From contig CAZACZ010000002.1 in NCBI GenBank assembly GCA_964483695.1, forward strand, positions 3,171-67,170: a stretch of 64,000 nucleotides of DNA, given 5' to 3'. Below, one piece after another: positions 35,551-45,130 of the stretch (the first letter of the stretch is position 1; every line of letters begins with the position of its first letter). The translations under genes and the position numbers were made by a program. This DNA comes from an uncultured bacterium (GTDB lineage: Bacteria; Deinococcota; Deinococci; Deinococcales; Trueperaceae). The notes beneath the pieces were generated by a model. That model saw nothing but the letters and a program-made list of their open reading frames with translations, made no database searches and had not been told where the DNA came from.

Positions 35551-36159
35551 TCAGGGGGTGTGGTACTGCAGGTACTGCATCACCAACTCGAACTCCTGGG
35601 CGCTCAGTCGGGCGCGCCCACGCTCGGCGCGCATGCGGTCGGGCCAGCGGTACACCGGGAGTTGGCCCGGCATCGGCTCGGCGTGGCACACCGAGCACTT
35701 CTCGGCCTTCACCTGTTCCGCCGCGGCCCACACGTCGGCCAGGTCGGGGGCGAGCGCGCTCGCGGCCACCGTGCCGTGGATGCGCACGTGGACCCAGGCC
35801 ACGCCGTAGCGGTCGTTGGCGGGCTCCAGCACCTCGCGCGCGGCCTGGCCCGCCTCGGTCAACGAGGCGACCGCGATGCGCTGGCCCAGCGCGTAGAAGA
35901 TCAGCGACGGCCCGTCCGCCCACGACCAACCGTCGATCACCACCTCGGCGACGCCGTCGGCTTCGCTCACCGACGACGCGGGTGCGCCGATGCGGAGCGT
36001 CCCCAACTCCACCCCGCCCGCGTCGGTGAGGGGCGTCGCCGCGGTGATCACGAAGCGATCGGGTTCCGGGGGATCGGTCGATTGTGCCGCGGCCACCAGC
36101 CACGCGCCGGCACCTAGCAAGACCGCCAAGGTAAGGGAGAGGGTTCGGGAAGCACGCAT
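35551..36159 (-). CDS. Putative secreted monoheme c-type cytochrome
   Basis: Signal peptide MRASRTLSLTLAVLLGAGAWLVAAAQS. A single CSVCH heme-c motif near the C-terminus. GAAGGAG RBS before ATG 36159. Confidence 0.55.
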   Translation of the reverse strand: MRASRTLSLTLAVLLGAGAWLVAAAQSTDPPEPDRFVITAATPLTDAGGVELGTLRIGAPASSVSEADGVAEVVIDGWSWADGPSLIFYALGQRIAVASLTEAGQAAREVLEPANDRYGVAWVHVRIHGTVAASALAPDLADVWAAAEQVKAEKCSVCHAEPMPGQLPVYRWPDRMRAERGRARLSAQEFELVMQYLQYHTP

Positions 36160-36373
36160 CGCGGCACTCCTTCGGGAGGAGCGTCCGCGCCGTGCATCGC
36201 ACCGCCCGCACCAGCGCACTCCGCACCGCGCCGGTCTCGGCCATGCACCGCGATGCACCGTCCTGCTGGACGATCCTCGCCCTTCACGGTACCCGGGGCT
36301 GGAAGGGCCATTCGTCCCTCGTACGGCCCGGCCCGCGAGCTACGGCACGGCGACCCGTGCGGCGGATCGGCGC

Positions 36374-36856
36374 TCACGCCGCCGGCCACACCCCCAGCAT
36401 CCGCCGCACCGCCACCAACTGCCCCACGTGGTACGCCGCGTGGTCCACGGCCACCAACAGGGTGCGAAGGTACGTATGGCCTTCCCCCCACGGGATCTCC
36501 TGCGTCAGGTCGAGCGACGGTCGGCGCGCCAACGCCTCGAGGGCCTGGCGGTCGCGCACCACCGCGGCCACGCTCGCGTCCCATGCGTCGGCGCCGCCGG
36601 GCGCGGTGGTGGAAGGCCAGTACGCCTTCGGCCACGGCGGCGCCACGTACGCGGCGTTCTCCATGTAGTCGAGCAGATCGGCCTGCGTCAGCCGGATGTG
36701 CTCGACCAACTCCCACCCGGAGTGCGGGTACCCGTCCGGCCGTACACCGCGCGCCTGGATGGGCCACTTCGCCACGGCCTCGTCGAACGAGACGTGCGCT
36801 TGCTGCCAAGCCAGCGCCGAAGCCACGATCTCGCGCCATGCGCCTTCTGCGTTCAT
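36374..36856 (-). CDS. DinB-family (DinB_2-like) metal-dependent protein
   Basis: 160 aa with H..W..VEHI...D and the C-terminal VDHAAYHVGQL His-triad-type pattern. Confidence 0.65.
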   Translation of the reverse strand: MNAEGAWREIVASALAWQQAHVSFDEAVAKWPIQARGVRPDGYPHSGWELVEHIRLTQADLLDYMENAAYVAPPWPKAYWPSTTAPGGADAWDASVAAVVRDRQALEALARRPSLDLTQEIPWGEGHTYLRTLLVAVDHAAYHVGQLVAVRRMLGVWPAA

Positions 36857-36927
36857 GCCGGCCTCCTTCGCCGCATCATGCACCGCCGACGGAGCAGCGC
36901 GTCCACGCCGGCCAGCACAGCCCCCGA

Positions 36928-37872
36928 CTACCGAGAACCGGGCATCACGACGCGCCCCCACACCGCGAAGTGATCGGAGAGGTCGAGGCCGTGGGCCCGC
37001 AACGGCACCACGCGGTTCCAGGCAACCGCGGGCGCGGCGTGGTCGTCGGACGTCAGCACGTAGTCGATCCACTGCGCCTCGCCCGTCGCCCAGGCGTTGC
37101 GCTGCGGGTCCCAGGTGGCGCGGAGCGCCCCCACCACGGGGGGCCAGGTCGCGTCCAGCGCGGCGAGCATCGCGTCGCGCTCGGCGGTGGCGGCGTCGAC
37201 GTTGAAGTCGCCGGCAAGCAGCACCGGCTCGTCCAACGGGATCCGCTGCGCTTCCACGAACCCGCGCAGCAGCGCGAACTGGTGCGCCCGCACGCGCGCC
37301 ACGTTCCAGCCGTAGAGCGACTGGGCGTGCGTCCCGAACACGTGGTACGTGCGGTCGCCCTTGCGCACCGCCACGTACGCCACGCCCTTGTCGGCCAGGC
37401 AGTCGCTGCCGCTGCAGGCCGTCCCGTACGTCATCGTCGCCTGCCGCACGATCGGCCAACGGCTCACGATCACGATGCCGCCGTCCTGCCGCACGGGCAG
37501 GCCGCCGGCGCCGTCTTCCCCCACCACCCTGCCCTGGTACGGGTAGGTGCTCGCCAACGCCGCCAGCAGGTCGTCGCGCCAAGCGTCCACGAACGCCTCC
37601 TGCAGCACCACCACGTCGTAGCCGATGAGGGCGCGCGCCATCGCGGCCGCGCGCTCGGCGGGGCGAGTGGCGGTGACGACCTCGGGGAGCAGGGCGGTGT
37701 TGAAGGTCAGTAGGTCTAGGGTGCGTGGGGCCGTCGCGACGGCCGCTCGGGCGTCGCGTTGCGCGTCCGGCACGGCCACGCCGCGTGGCGATGCCGTTGC
37801 AGGTCCGAGCGCGGTGGGTGCACACCCGGTCGCCACCAGCAAGTACGTCAGGACGACCGCCAGGCGTCGCAT
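36928..37872 (-). CDS. Endonuclease/exonuclease/phosphatase-family lipoprotein, sphingomyelinase-C-like
   Basis: Lipobox LVATGC. EEP motifs LTFN, VLQE, GDFN and SDH are present. Confidence 0.65.
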   Translation of the reverse strand: MRRLAVVLTYLLVATGCAPTALGPATASPRGVAVPDAQRDARAAVATAPRTLDLLTFNTALLPEVVTATRPAERAAAMARALIGYDVVVLQEAFVDAWRDDLLAALASTYPYQGRVVGEDGAGGLPVRQDGGIVIVSRWPIVRQATMTYGTACSGSDCLADKGVAYVAVRKGDRTYHVFGTHAQSLYGWNVARVRAHQFALLRGFVEAQRIPLDEPVLLAGDFNVDAATAERDAMLAALDATWPPVVGALRATWDPQRNAWATGEAQWIDYVLTSDDHAAPAVAWNRVVPLRAHGLDLSDHFAVWGRVVMPGSR

Positions 37873-37965
37873 GAACCATGCTACGCGTCGGCCGAGCCGC
37901 CATCCCGAGGACGCCGTGTCCCGATCGATCCCTCACGGTACGCGCGTGCTGCTAGCATCGACGGC

Positions 37966-38496
37966 ATGCACGACGTCACCCTCGCCTACCCCGAAGCTGC
38001 GTCGGATACACCAAAGGCACAGCACTACCAGGAGCTCCGCCGCCGCATCGCGGCGCTGGTCGAGGGTGAGACCGACTGGCTCGCGAACCTTGCCAACGTC
38101 GCCGCCGAGGTGTTCGCTTGGCTCCCCGACCTCAACTGGTCGGGCTTCTACCTCGTGCGCGGCGACGAGTTGGTGTTGGGGCCGTTCCAGGGCCGGCCGG
38201 CCTGTGTCCGCATCCCGGTCGGGCGGGGCGTTTGCGGCACGGCCGCCGCGACCCGCGCCACCCAGGTCGTTGCCGACGTGCACGCCTTCCCGGGTCACAT
38301 CGCCTGCGACCCGCGCTCCCGGGCGGAGATCGTCGTTCCCATCATCGTCTCGGGACGCGTCGTGGGCGTGCTGGACCTCGACTCCGAGGAGCCCGGACGC
38401 TTCGACGATGCGGACCGTGAAGGGCTCGAAGCGCTCGTCACGGACGTCACGCCCGTCATCGACTGGAGCGCAGCCGGCACCCTCCCGACCCCGTGA
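37966..38496 (+). CDS. GAF-domain protein, free methionine-(R)-sulfoxide reductase (MsrC/YebR)-like
   Basis: WSGFYL......LVLGPFQG.PAC..I..GRGVCG.AA......V.DV..FPGHIACD..S..EIVVP is characteristic of the family. Confidence 0.75.
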   Translation: MHDVTLAYPEAASDTPKAQHYQELRRRIAALVEGETDWLANLANVAAEVFAWLPDLNWSGFYLVRGDELVLGPFQGRPACVRIPVGRGVCGTAAATRATQVVADVHAFPGHIACDPRSRAEIVVPIIVSGRVVGVLDLDSEEPGRFDDADREGLEALVTDVTPVIDWSAAGTLPTP

Positions 38497-40718
38497 CGTC
38501 CCGCCGGACGCGGTCGTCGCTACTCGCGCTCTTGCTCTTCGTCGGCTCGACGGCCGCGCACGCCCAACTGGACGCGACGCACGCGGCGCCGCTCGCCCAA
38601 GCCCGGGCCGATCTCTCGCGCGCACCGAGGGCGTCCACCGATGCCGCCTCTCGCGCCAGCCGCGCCCCCTCCCCCGACATGGTGAACGGCCTCTCGCGCC
38701 TCGCGCGCACCGAGGGCGAGCGGCTGATCCTGTCCGTGGCCGGCGGGGAGATCGACTACCTGGTGGGCGTGAACGTGGGCCCCACCGTGCCGGGCACGCA
38801 ACCGGGCGAGCTCGCGATCCCACGCGAGGTATGGCGCCGCTGGATCGCTGCCATCGCGGACGCGGGCTTCCACGCGCTTCGCGTGTACACCGTGCAGATG
38901 CCAGTCTTCTACCAGGAGCTTCGCGCGCACAACCTGGCGAACCCCGACCGCGCGCTCTACCTGGTGCACGGCGTGTGGCTCGCCCACGACACCTTCCAAG
39001 CGACCGAAGACCTCTTCGAACCGGCGCTGCGGGCGCGCATGCGCCAGGACATCCGCGATGCCGTCGCCGTGGTGCACGGTGACGCGGTGCTTCCGGCACG
39101 ACGCGGGTACGCCAGCGGCACGTTCGATGCCGACGTGAGCCCGTGGCTGCTGTCGTGGGCCATCGGGGTGGAGATGGACCCGCTGCTCACCCTCGCCTCG
39201 GACCAGCGCAACGCCGACGTCGCGCCGTACCGTGGGCGGTACCTCTCGTCCACCGACGACGCATCGCCCACCGAGACCTGGCTGGCCGAGATGCTCGACC
39301 TGGTGGCCGGCGCGTCGGCGGAGCGCGGCGTGACCATGCCGCTGACGTTCACCAACTGGCCCACCACCGACCCGCTGTCGCACCCGACCGAGCCTCTCCC
39401 CCACGAGGACCTCGTCGGCATCGACGCCAACCACGTGACGGCGCACGCCACCTGGCCGGGCGGGTACTACGCCAGCTACCACGCCTACCCGTACTACCCC
39501 GACTTCCAGCGCTACGAGCCCGGCATCGCGGACTTCGCCTACCAGGGCCGCATCGACCCGTACGCCGGGTACCTCACCAAGCTCCGCCAGCATCACCGCG
39601 GCATGCCGGTGGTGGTCCTCGAGACGGGCGTGCCCGGAGCGCTCGGCTCGGCGCACCATGGGCTGCTCGGACGTGACCAGGGCGGGCACGACGAGCGCAC
39701 GCAGTTGGCCATCGACGCCGAGCTTCTCGGCCTGGCCCACGACCTGGGCGTAGCGGGAGGGTTCCTGTTCGCCTGGGCCGACGAGTGGTTCAAGTTCACC
39801 TGGAACACCATCGACCTCGAACTGCCGGCCGACCGGCGTCAGCTGTGGCACAACCCGCTCACCAACGAGTCGTACTTCGGCCTGCTGGCCATCGAGGACG
39901 CCCGGCCCGTGCCGCGGATCGGCACCACCGACGGCTGGGACGGGGTGCCGTCGCAAGTGATCCACGAGGGCCGCGGCCACGTGCGCGAAGTGCGTGCCAC
40001 GCACGACAGCGCCTACCTCTACCTGCGCATCACCCTCGACCAGCCCGAGGCGTGGCGCGAACTGCCCCTGACGATCGGCTTCGACCTGGTACCGGGCGGC
40101 AACGGCGGACTCGCCGGCGTCCCGGGCGTGGGCGCGGGCGCCGACACGGCGTTGGTCGTGTCGAACGCGGGCGCGTTCGCCTACGTGCGCGCCTCGAACG
40201 ACGTCAACGACGTCGTCTACGGCGCGGTCTTCGGCTTCTACCCGGTGGACGACGCCGCGGTCCGCGAGGGTAGCGGCGTGTGGAACCCGCAGCGCCTCAT
40301 CACCAACCGGCCGTTCCGGTTGCCCGTCTCGGGCGAGCAGGTACCTGCCGAGTGGTTCGACCTCAACCCGCTGCCGCGCGGCGTGAGCGACCCCGACCAT
40401 CCCGCCTTCGACAGCCGCACCATCTGGGCGGCATCGGGCTCGGTGGTCGAACTGCGCTTGCCGCACGCCATGGTGGGGTTCGCCGATCCGTCGTCGCTGC
40501 TGGGCCTGGTGGTCGGCGAGGACGGCGCCATCGGCACCACGCCGGTGGACCGCATCCGCCTCACCGTCGTGCTCGACGACGAGGTGGTCGAGACCGACTA
40601 CGGCTGGGACCCATGGAACCGCGTGACGTGGCGCGAGCGGCCCAAGGCCGGCTTCGACGAGCTGGCGCGGACGGTGCAGCGACTGGCGGAACCTTCGGTG
40701 GGCAGCGGAGCGCCGTGA
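38493..40718 (+). CDS. Secreted protein with TIM-barrel glycoside-hydrolase-like features, function unknown
   Basis: Signal peptide LLALLLFVGSTAAHAQ. GVNVGP, VVVLETGVP and FAWADEWFK segments resemble clan GH-A-like enzymes. The GTG start overlaps the preceding stop (GTGA). Confidence 0.4.
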   Translation: MTSRRTRSSLLALLLFVGSTAAHAQLDATHAAPLAQARADLSRAPRASTDAASRASRAPSPDMVNGLSRLARTEGERLILSVAGGEIDYLVGVNVGPTVPGTQPGELAIPREVWRRWIAAIADAGFHALRVYTVQMPVFYQELRAHNLANPDRALYLVHGVWLAHDTFQATEDLFEPALRARMRQDIRDAVAVVHGDAVLPARRGYASGTFDADVSPWLLSWAIGVEMDPLLTLASDQRNADVAPYRGRYLSSTDDASPTETWLAEMLDLVAGASAERGVTMPLTFTNWPTTDPLSHPTEPLPHEDLVGIDANHVTAHATWPGGYYASYHAYPYYPDFQRYEPGIADFAYQGRIDPYAGYLTKLRQHHRGMPVVVLETGVPGALGSAHHGLLGRDQGGHDERTQLAIDAELLGLAHDLGVAGGFLFAWADEWFKFTWNTIDLELPADRRQLWHNPLTNESYFGLLAIEDARPVPRIGTTDGWDGVPSQVIHEGRGHVREVRATHDSAYLYLRITLDQPEAWRELPLTIGFDLVPGGNGGLAGVPGVGAGADTALVVSNAGAFAYVRASNDVNDVVYGAVFGFYPVDDAAVREGSGVWNPQRLITNRPFRLPVSGEQVPAEWFDLNPLPRGVSDPDHPAFDSRTIWAASGSVVELRLPHAMVGFADPSSLLGLVVGEDGAIGTTPVDRIRLTVVLDDEVVETDYGWDPWNRVTWRERPKAGFDELARTVQRLAEPSVGSGAP

Positions 40719-40784
40719 CGATCGGCGGCGGGTAGCGCCCTCTCCTGCGCGAGGTGCTGCCTCGGGGCGCGCACGATGGTGGGA

Positions 40785-42128
40785 TCAGGCTCGAGCTTCG
40801 TCCGCAGCGACCGTCTCCACGCCGCCTCGATCTTCCGCCGCGACATGGTCGGGCAGCAGGGTCTCGACGTGGCGCACGCGGGGCGAGAGGTACCCGACGA
40901 CGCCAAGGGCCACCATCGCGACGCCCGAGAACACCACCATCACGGCCATCCCCGCGCCCGGTCCGGTGCCCACCATCCAGCCCAGCTTGCCGGCCCACGG
41001 TCCGTCCGCCGCCAACGCCGGTTCGAGCCAACGGTCGGCCAGCGGACCGGCCGAGAGGGTGGCAAGCGGCACCGCCAACTGGGCGATCACCTTGCGGGCG
41101 GCGAAGACCTTCCCCTGCACGTCGGGAGCCACCTTCGACTGCCAGATCGCTTGGTTCGAACCGTTCACCAGCGGCAGGAACGCGGTGATCAGGAACGCCG
41201 CCGGCAGCCACGCCGCCACGGACCGCCCCAGGCCGAGCGGCACCGTGCCGAGCACGCCGCTCGCGATCAGGCCGAGGAGCACCCCGTGGATCCTGCGCTT
41301 CGGGCCGCCCCACAGGCTCAGTGCCAGGCCCCCCACCAGGCCGCCAACTCCGAACGCCGACTGCACGCTGGCGAGGGCGATCTGGTCATCGCCGGTGCGC
41401 GCAAGGACCATGGCCGGCGTCACGACCGTGCCGAAGGTCGCGGTGAGGTTGACGCCGAGGTAGATGAGCTGCAACCGCAGCAAGCTCGGCTTGGCCAGGA
41501 TGTACCGCAGGCCGAAGAGCGACTCGTTCCACAGTCCCGTACGGCTGGCCGCGCCCTCCGCGCTGGTCGCGGGTTGCGGGATCGGCACCAGCGCGAGCGT
41601 CACGAGTGCCACCACGAACGTCACGATGTCGATGGCGAAGACCGCGCCGATGCCGACGACGGCCAGGGCCAACCCGGCCAGGACCGGGGCGCCGATGGTG
41701 GCGATCGAGTCCGCCAACGACCACATCCCGCTGGCGCGCGCGTAGTGCTCCTTGCGCACCATGGTGGCGATCGCCGCCGAGGTGGCGGGGAACTGGAACG
41801 CTCCGAACGCGCCGGTCCAAGCGCCCAGCAGGTACAGGTGCCAGATGGCCAAGTCGCCGGCGGCGTAGAGCGCCAGCATGGCGATGGTGGCGACGCCGGC
41901 CCCCAAGTCCGACAACGCCATCACCAGCTTGCGGTTCCAGCGGTCCACCAAGGCGCCCGCCAACGGGCTCAAGAGCACCGAGGGGGCGAAGGTGAAGAAG
42001 CCGACCAGCGCCAGCGTGGTGGCCTGACCCGTCTCCTGCCACGCCCAGATGGTGATGGCGAACTGGGTCATGCCCGAGCCGAGCAGCGACACCAGTTGGC
42101 CAGTCCAGACCAGCGAGAATCCGCGCAT
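40785..42128 (-). CDS. MFS transporter (EntS/macrolide-efflux-like)
   Basis: 12 predicted TM segments. The N-terminus FSLVWTGQLVSLLGSGMTQFA...DRWNRK is typical of this MFS subgroup. Start ATG 42128 (alternative 42182). Confidence 0.75.
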   Translation of the reverse strand: MRGFSLVWTGQLVSLLGSGMTQFAITIWAWQETGQATTLALVGFFTFAPSVLLSPLAGALVDRWNRKLVMALSDLGAGVATIAMLALYAAGDLAIWHLYLLGAWTGAFGAFQFPATSAAIATMVRKEHYARASGMWSLADSIATIGAPVLAGLALAVVGIGAVFAIDIVTFVVALVTLALVPIPQPATSAEGAASRTGLWNESLFGLRYILAKPSLLRLQLIYLGVNLTATFGTVVTPAMVLARTGDDQIALASVQSAFGVGGLVGGLALSLWGGPKRRIHGVLLGLIASGVLGTVPLGLGRSVAAWLPAAFLITAFLPLVNGSNQAIWQSKVAPDVQGKVFAARKVIAQLAVPLATLSAGPLADRWLEPALAADGPWAGKLGWMVGTGPGAGMAVMVVFSGVAMVALGVVGYLSPRVRHVETLLPDHVAAEDRGGVETVAADEARA

Positions 42129-42378
42129 CCCGCCTAGGCGCGAGGCCCGAGCGTGTGTCACCGCCGGGGGCCTCGTAGCCATCCAACGGTGGGACGCGGG
42201 TTCGCGAACGGTGCACGGAGCGACGCAACGACATGGACCACAGGACAAGCCTGCCTACTGCCGAACACGGCGAGAGATGCGCGAGTCTACCACCGCCCAT
42301 GTGCTTCTGAACCGGCTGCGCTGCCGTCTGTGACGGGGATCGGGCCAAGCCGTGCAGCGCGTGCCGTACCATCCTGGT

Positions 42379-44499
42379 ATGACCCAGCGTGTCGATCGTT
42401 CCCTCCGGTACGCACGTGGCTTGGCGCTCGCGGCCGTCCTGACGCTGGCGCCGAACGTCGCGGGGGCGCAGGCCGCGGCCGCGCAAGACGCCTCCCCCGC
42501 CGACCTCCCCATCACCCGGGTGGTGCTGTTCACCAACGGCGTGGGCTACTTCGAACATGAGGGTGTCGTCTCCGACACCCAGGAACTCACGCTCGACGTG
42601 CCGGTCGAGCAGATGGACGACCTGCTGCAGAGCCTGGTGGTCCAGGACTTCGGCGGCGGCAGCATCCGACCCGTGCGCTACGGCTCGCGCGATCCGTTGG
42701 CGCGCATCCTCGACGGGTACGACATCGACCTATCCGGCAACCCGACGCTGATCGAGCTCCTCGGCCAGGCGCGCGGCGAGCGCGTTCGGCTGGCGGCCAC
42801 CCAAGACCTCGAAGGCACCATCGTCGGGGTGGAGCGCGTGACGCTGGTGGACGCGGAGCCGCGCGCCTACATGACGCTCCTCACCAGCACCGGCCTGCGG
42901 CGCGTGGCGCTCGACGAGGTGCGCGAGATCACCTTCGAGAACGAGGCCCTGCGCGCCCAGATCGACGCCGCGCTCGCCGCCATCGCCCAGTACCGCGCCG
43001 GCGACGAGACGCCGGTGCGCCTGCGCTTCGAAGGCCAGGGCGAACGCCGCGTGAAGATCGGCTACGTACGCGAGATGCCGGTGTGGAAGACGAGCTACCG
43101 CCTGGTGCTGGACGGCGACGGGAACGCCGACCTGCAAGGTTGGGCGATCTTCGACAACCCCACCGACCTCGACCTCGAGGACGTCCACGTGGCGTTCGTG
43201 GCGGGCCAGCCGATCTCGTTCATCACCAGCCTGTACGAGCCGGTGTACGTCACGCGGCAGCGGGTCGCCGTGAGCGTCGCGGCCAGCATCGTACCGGGCG
43301 CCGACTCGGGCCAGTTCGCTCCGTCGGCGCAGATCGACGGTCGCGGCGGCGCGCCGGCGATGGCGATGGAGTCGGCGGCCGACGCCGTGTTCGGCGCGGT
43401 GGCGGCGGCACCTCGTCTGGCCGAAGCGGGGGTGGAGGCGATGGCCTCCGGCGTGGCGTTCGGCGCCACCTTCGCCTACGTCGTCGACGAGCCGGTGTCG
43501 GTGGGCCGCCACGAGTCGGCCATGGTACCGATCGTGGTGGCGCCGATCGAGGCACGCCAACTGTCGCTGTTCGACCCCGGCGTGCTTCCCGCCAACCCGC
43601 TCCACGCCGTGCGCCTGGTGAACGACACCGGGCTGCATCTCGCGGCCGGGACGGTGACGGTGTTCGACGAAGGCGGCTTCGTCGGGACGGCGTTGCTGGC
43701 CGACCTGGTGCCGGGCGACGAGCGGGTGCTCAGCTACGCCGTCGACCTCGACCTCGCGCTCGACACCAGCGACGTGCGTTCCACCGAGCAGCTCACGGCC
43801 GCCGCGATCCGCGGCGGGTTCTTGGAGGTCCAGCAGCTACGCCGCATGACGGCCCGCGTGCAGATCGAGCCGCGCGGCGAGGTGAACCGCTTCCTGGTGG
43901 TCGAGGTGCCGCGCCAGAGTGGCTTCGAGGTGGTCGCGCCGACGCCGGCGCCCCCCACCACCGCTACGGCGTACCGTTTCGGCGTGGCCGTCGTCACCGG
44001 CGACGGCGGGGCGCCGTCGGGCGACGGCGAGGCGCCGTCGGACGACGCGGTGCCCACGCACCTCACCTGCCGAGCGGGCGACGCCTGCGTGCTGGAAGTG
44101 GTGCTCGAGCGCGTGGACACCCAACGGTTGGTCATCGCCAACGTCACCAGCGACCAGATCGTGGCCTACCTCGAGAACGTCACCTTGTCGGCCGAGGACC
44201 GCGCCACGCTCCAACGCATCTACGAGCTGCAGCGCGAGATCGCCGGCCTGGACCGGGGGGTGGCGGACGCGCAGCGCCGCATCGACGCGATCTACCAGGA
44301 ACAGAACCGCATCCGCCAGAACATGGCGGCGCTCGACCGGACCTCCGACCTGTACCGCCGCTACGTCGGCCAGCTCGACGAGCAGGAGGACGAACTGGCG
44401 GCGCTGAGCGCCCAGGTCGAAGAGCTCCTGAGCGAACGCGGTGACGTCCAGCAGGAACTCGACGACCTGGTCCAGGGGTTGGCCGGCCAAGGCGGCTGA
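42379..44499 (+). CDS. DUF4139-family secreted protein with C-terminal coiled coil
   Basis: Signal peptide, then VVLFTNGVGYFEH...GYVREMPVWKTSYRL...WAIFDNPT..DLEDV.V.FVAG, typical of DUF4139. The last ~110 aa are heptad-like (LQREIAGLD...QLDEQEDELAAL). Confidence 0.6.
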   Translation: MTQRVDRSLRYARGLALAAVLTLAPNVAGAQAAAAQDASPADLPITRVVLFTNGVGYFEHEGVVSDTQELTLDVPVEQMDDLLQSLVVQDFGGGSIRPVRYGSRDPLARILDGYDIDLSGNPTLIELLGQARGERVRLAATQDLEGTIVGVERVTLVDAEPRAYMTLLTSTGLRRVALDEVREITFENEALRAQIDAALAAIAQYRAGDETPVRLRFEGQGERRVKIGYVREMPVWKTSYRLVLDGDGNADLQGWAIFDNPTDLDLEDVHVAFVAGQPISFITSLYEPVYVTRQRVAVSVAASIVPGADSGQFAPSAQIDGRGGAPAMAMESAADAVFGAVAAAPRLAEAGVEAMASGVAFGATFAYVVDEPVSVGRHESAMVPIVVAPIEARQLSLFDPGVLPANPLHAVRLVNDTGLHLAAGTVTVFDEGGFVGTALLADLVPGDERVLSYAVDLDLALDTSDVRSTEQLTAAAIRGGFLEVQQLRRMTARVQIEPRGEVNRFLVVEVPRQSGFEVVAPTPAPPTTATAYRFGVAVVTGDGGAPSGDGEAPSDDAVPTHLTCRAGDACVLEVVLERVDTQRLVIANVTSDQIVAYLENVTLSAEDRATLQRIYELQREIAGLDRGVADAQRRIDAIYQEQNRIRQNMAALDRTSDLYRRYVGQLDEQEDELAALSAQVEELLSERGDVQQELDDLVQGLAGQGG

Positions 44500-44534
44500 C
44501 GCCGTGCCGGCCGAACCGCGAGTACGCTGACGCC

Positions 44535-45122
44535 ATGAGCCGCGCGTTCGTCAAGGACGACGCCGACCACGAGCAGGTGGTGGTGCCGCACCGCGCCCCG
44601 TTGCCGGCGGGCGTGCCGAACCTCGTCACGCCCGCCGGCCTGGCGGAGCTGAAGCGCGAGCACGCGCAGCTGCTCTCCGAGCGCAGCGCGTTGCAGAGCG
44701 CGCGCGCCAACGCGCCCGAGACGCTCAGGCGCCTGACGGCGCTGGCCGAGGAGCTCGACGCGCTGGAGGAGCGGCTCGCGTCGGCCGAGGTGGTGCCCAC
44801 CCCGCCCGCCGGCACGCGCGAGGTGCGGCTCGGCGCCACCGTGACCGTGCGCGACCTCGGGCCGGCCGGCCGCGGCGCGCCTCCCGGCGGCGGCCTCGAG
44901 CGCTTCACCATCGTGGGCGTCGACCAAGCCGACCCGCTCGAGGGGCGCGTCGCGTTCCCCGCGCCGGCGGCCCAAGCGTTGCTCGGCCGGAGCGTCGGCG
45001 ACGAGGTGCGCGTCGAGGCCGGCGACACCGTGCGCCACCTCCGCATCGAGGCGGTGGCGTACCAGCAGGCAGGCGAGGGGTCCTCCGCCGCCGACGGCTC
45101 CCGCGACGAGCCCGACGCCTAA
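44535..45122 (+). CDS. GreA/GreB-family protein (Rnk-like C-terminal domain)
   Basis: MSRAFVKDD N-terminus, a coiled-coil segment and a C-terminal GreA_GreB-like domain (RLGATVTV...IVGVDQADPLEGRV.F..P.AQALLG..VGDEV). Confidence 0.65.
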   Translation: MSRAFVKDDADHEQVVVPHRAPLPAGVPNLVTPAGLAELKREHAQLLSERSALQSARANAPETLRRLTALAEELDALEERLASAEVVPTPPAGTREVRLGATVTVRDLGPAGRGAPPGGGLERFTIVGVDQADPLEGRVAFPAPAAQALLGRSVGDEVRVEAGDTVRHLRIEAVAYQQAGEGSSAADGSRDEPDA

Positions 45123-45130
45123 GGGACCGC

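Noticed and set aside
35533-35565. GGTTCGATC (and GGTTCGAA at about 41153), resembling tRNA T-loop sequences.
   Set aside because: There are no flanking 5-bp T-stem complements, and no acceptor or anticodon arms. Both sites lie within or at the end of protein-coding sequence.
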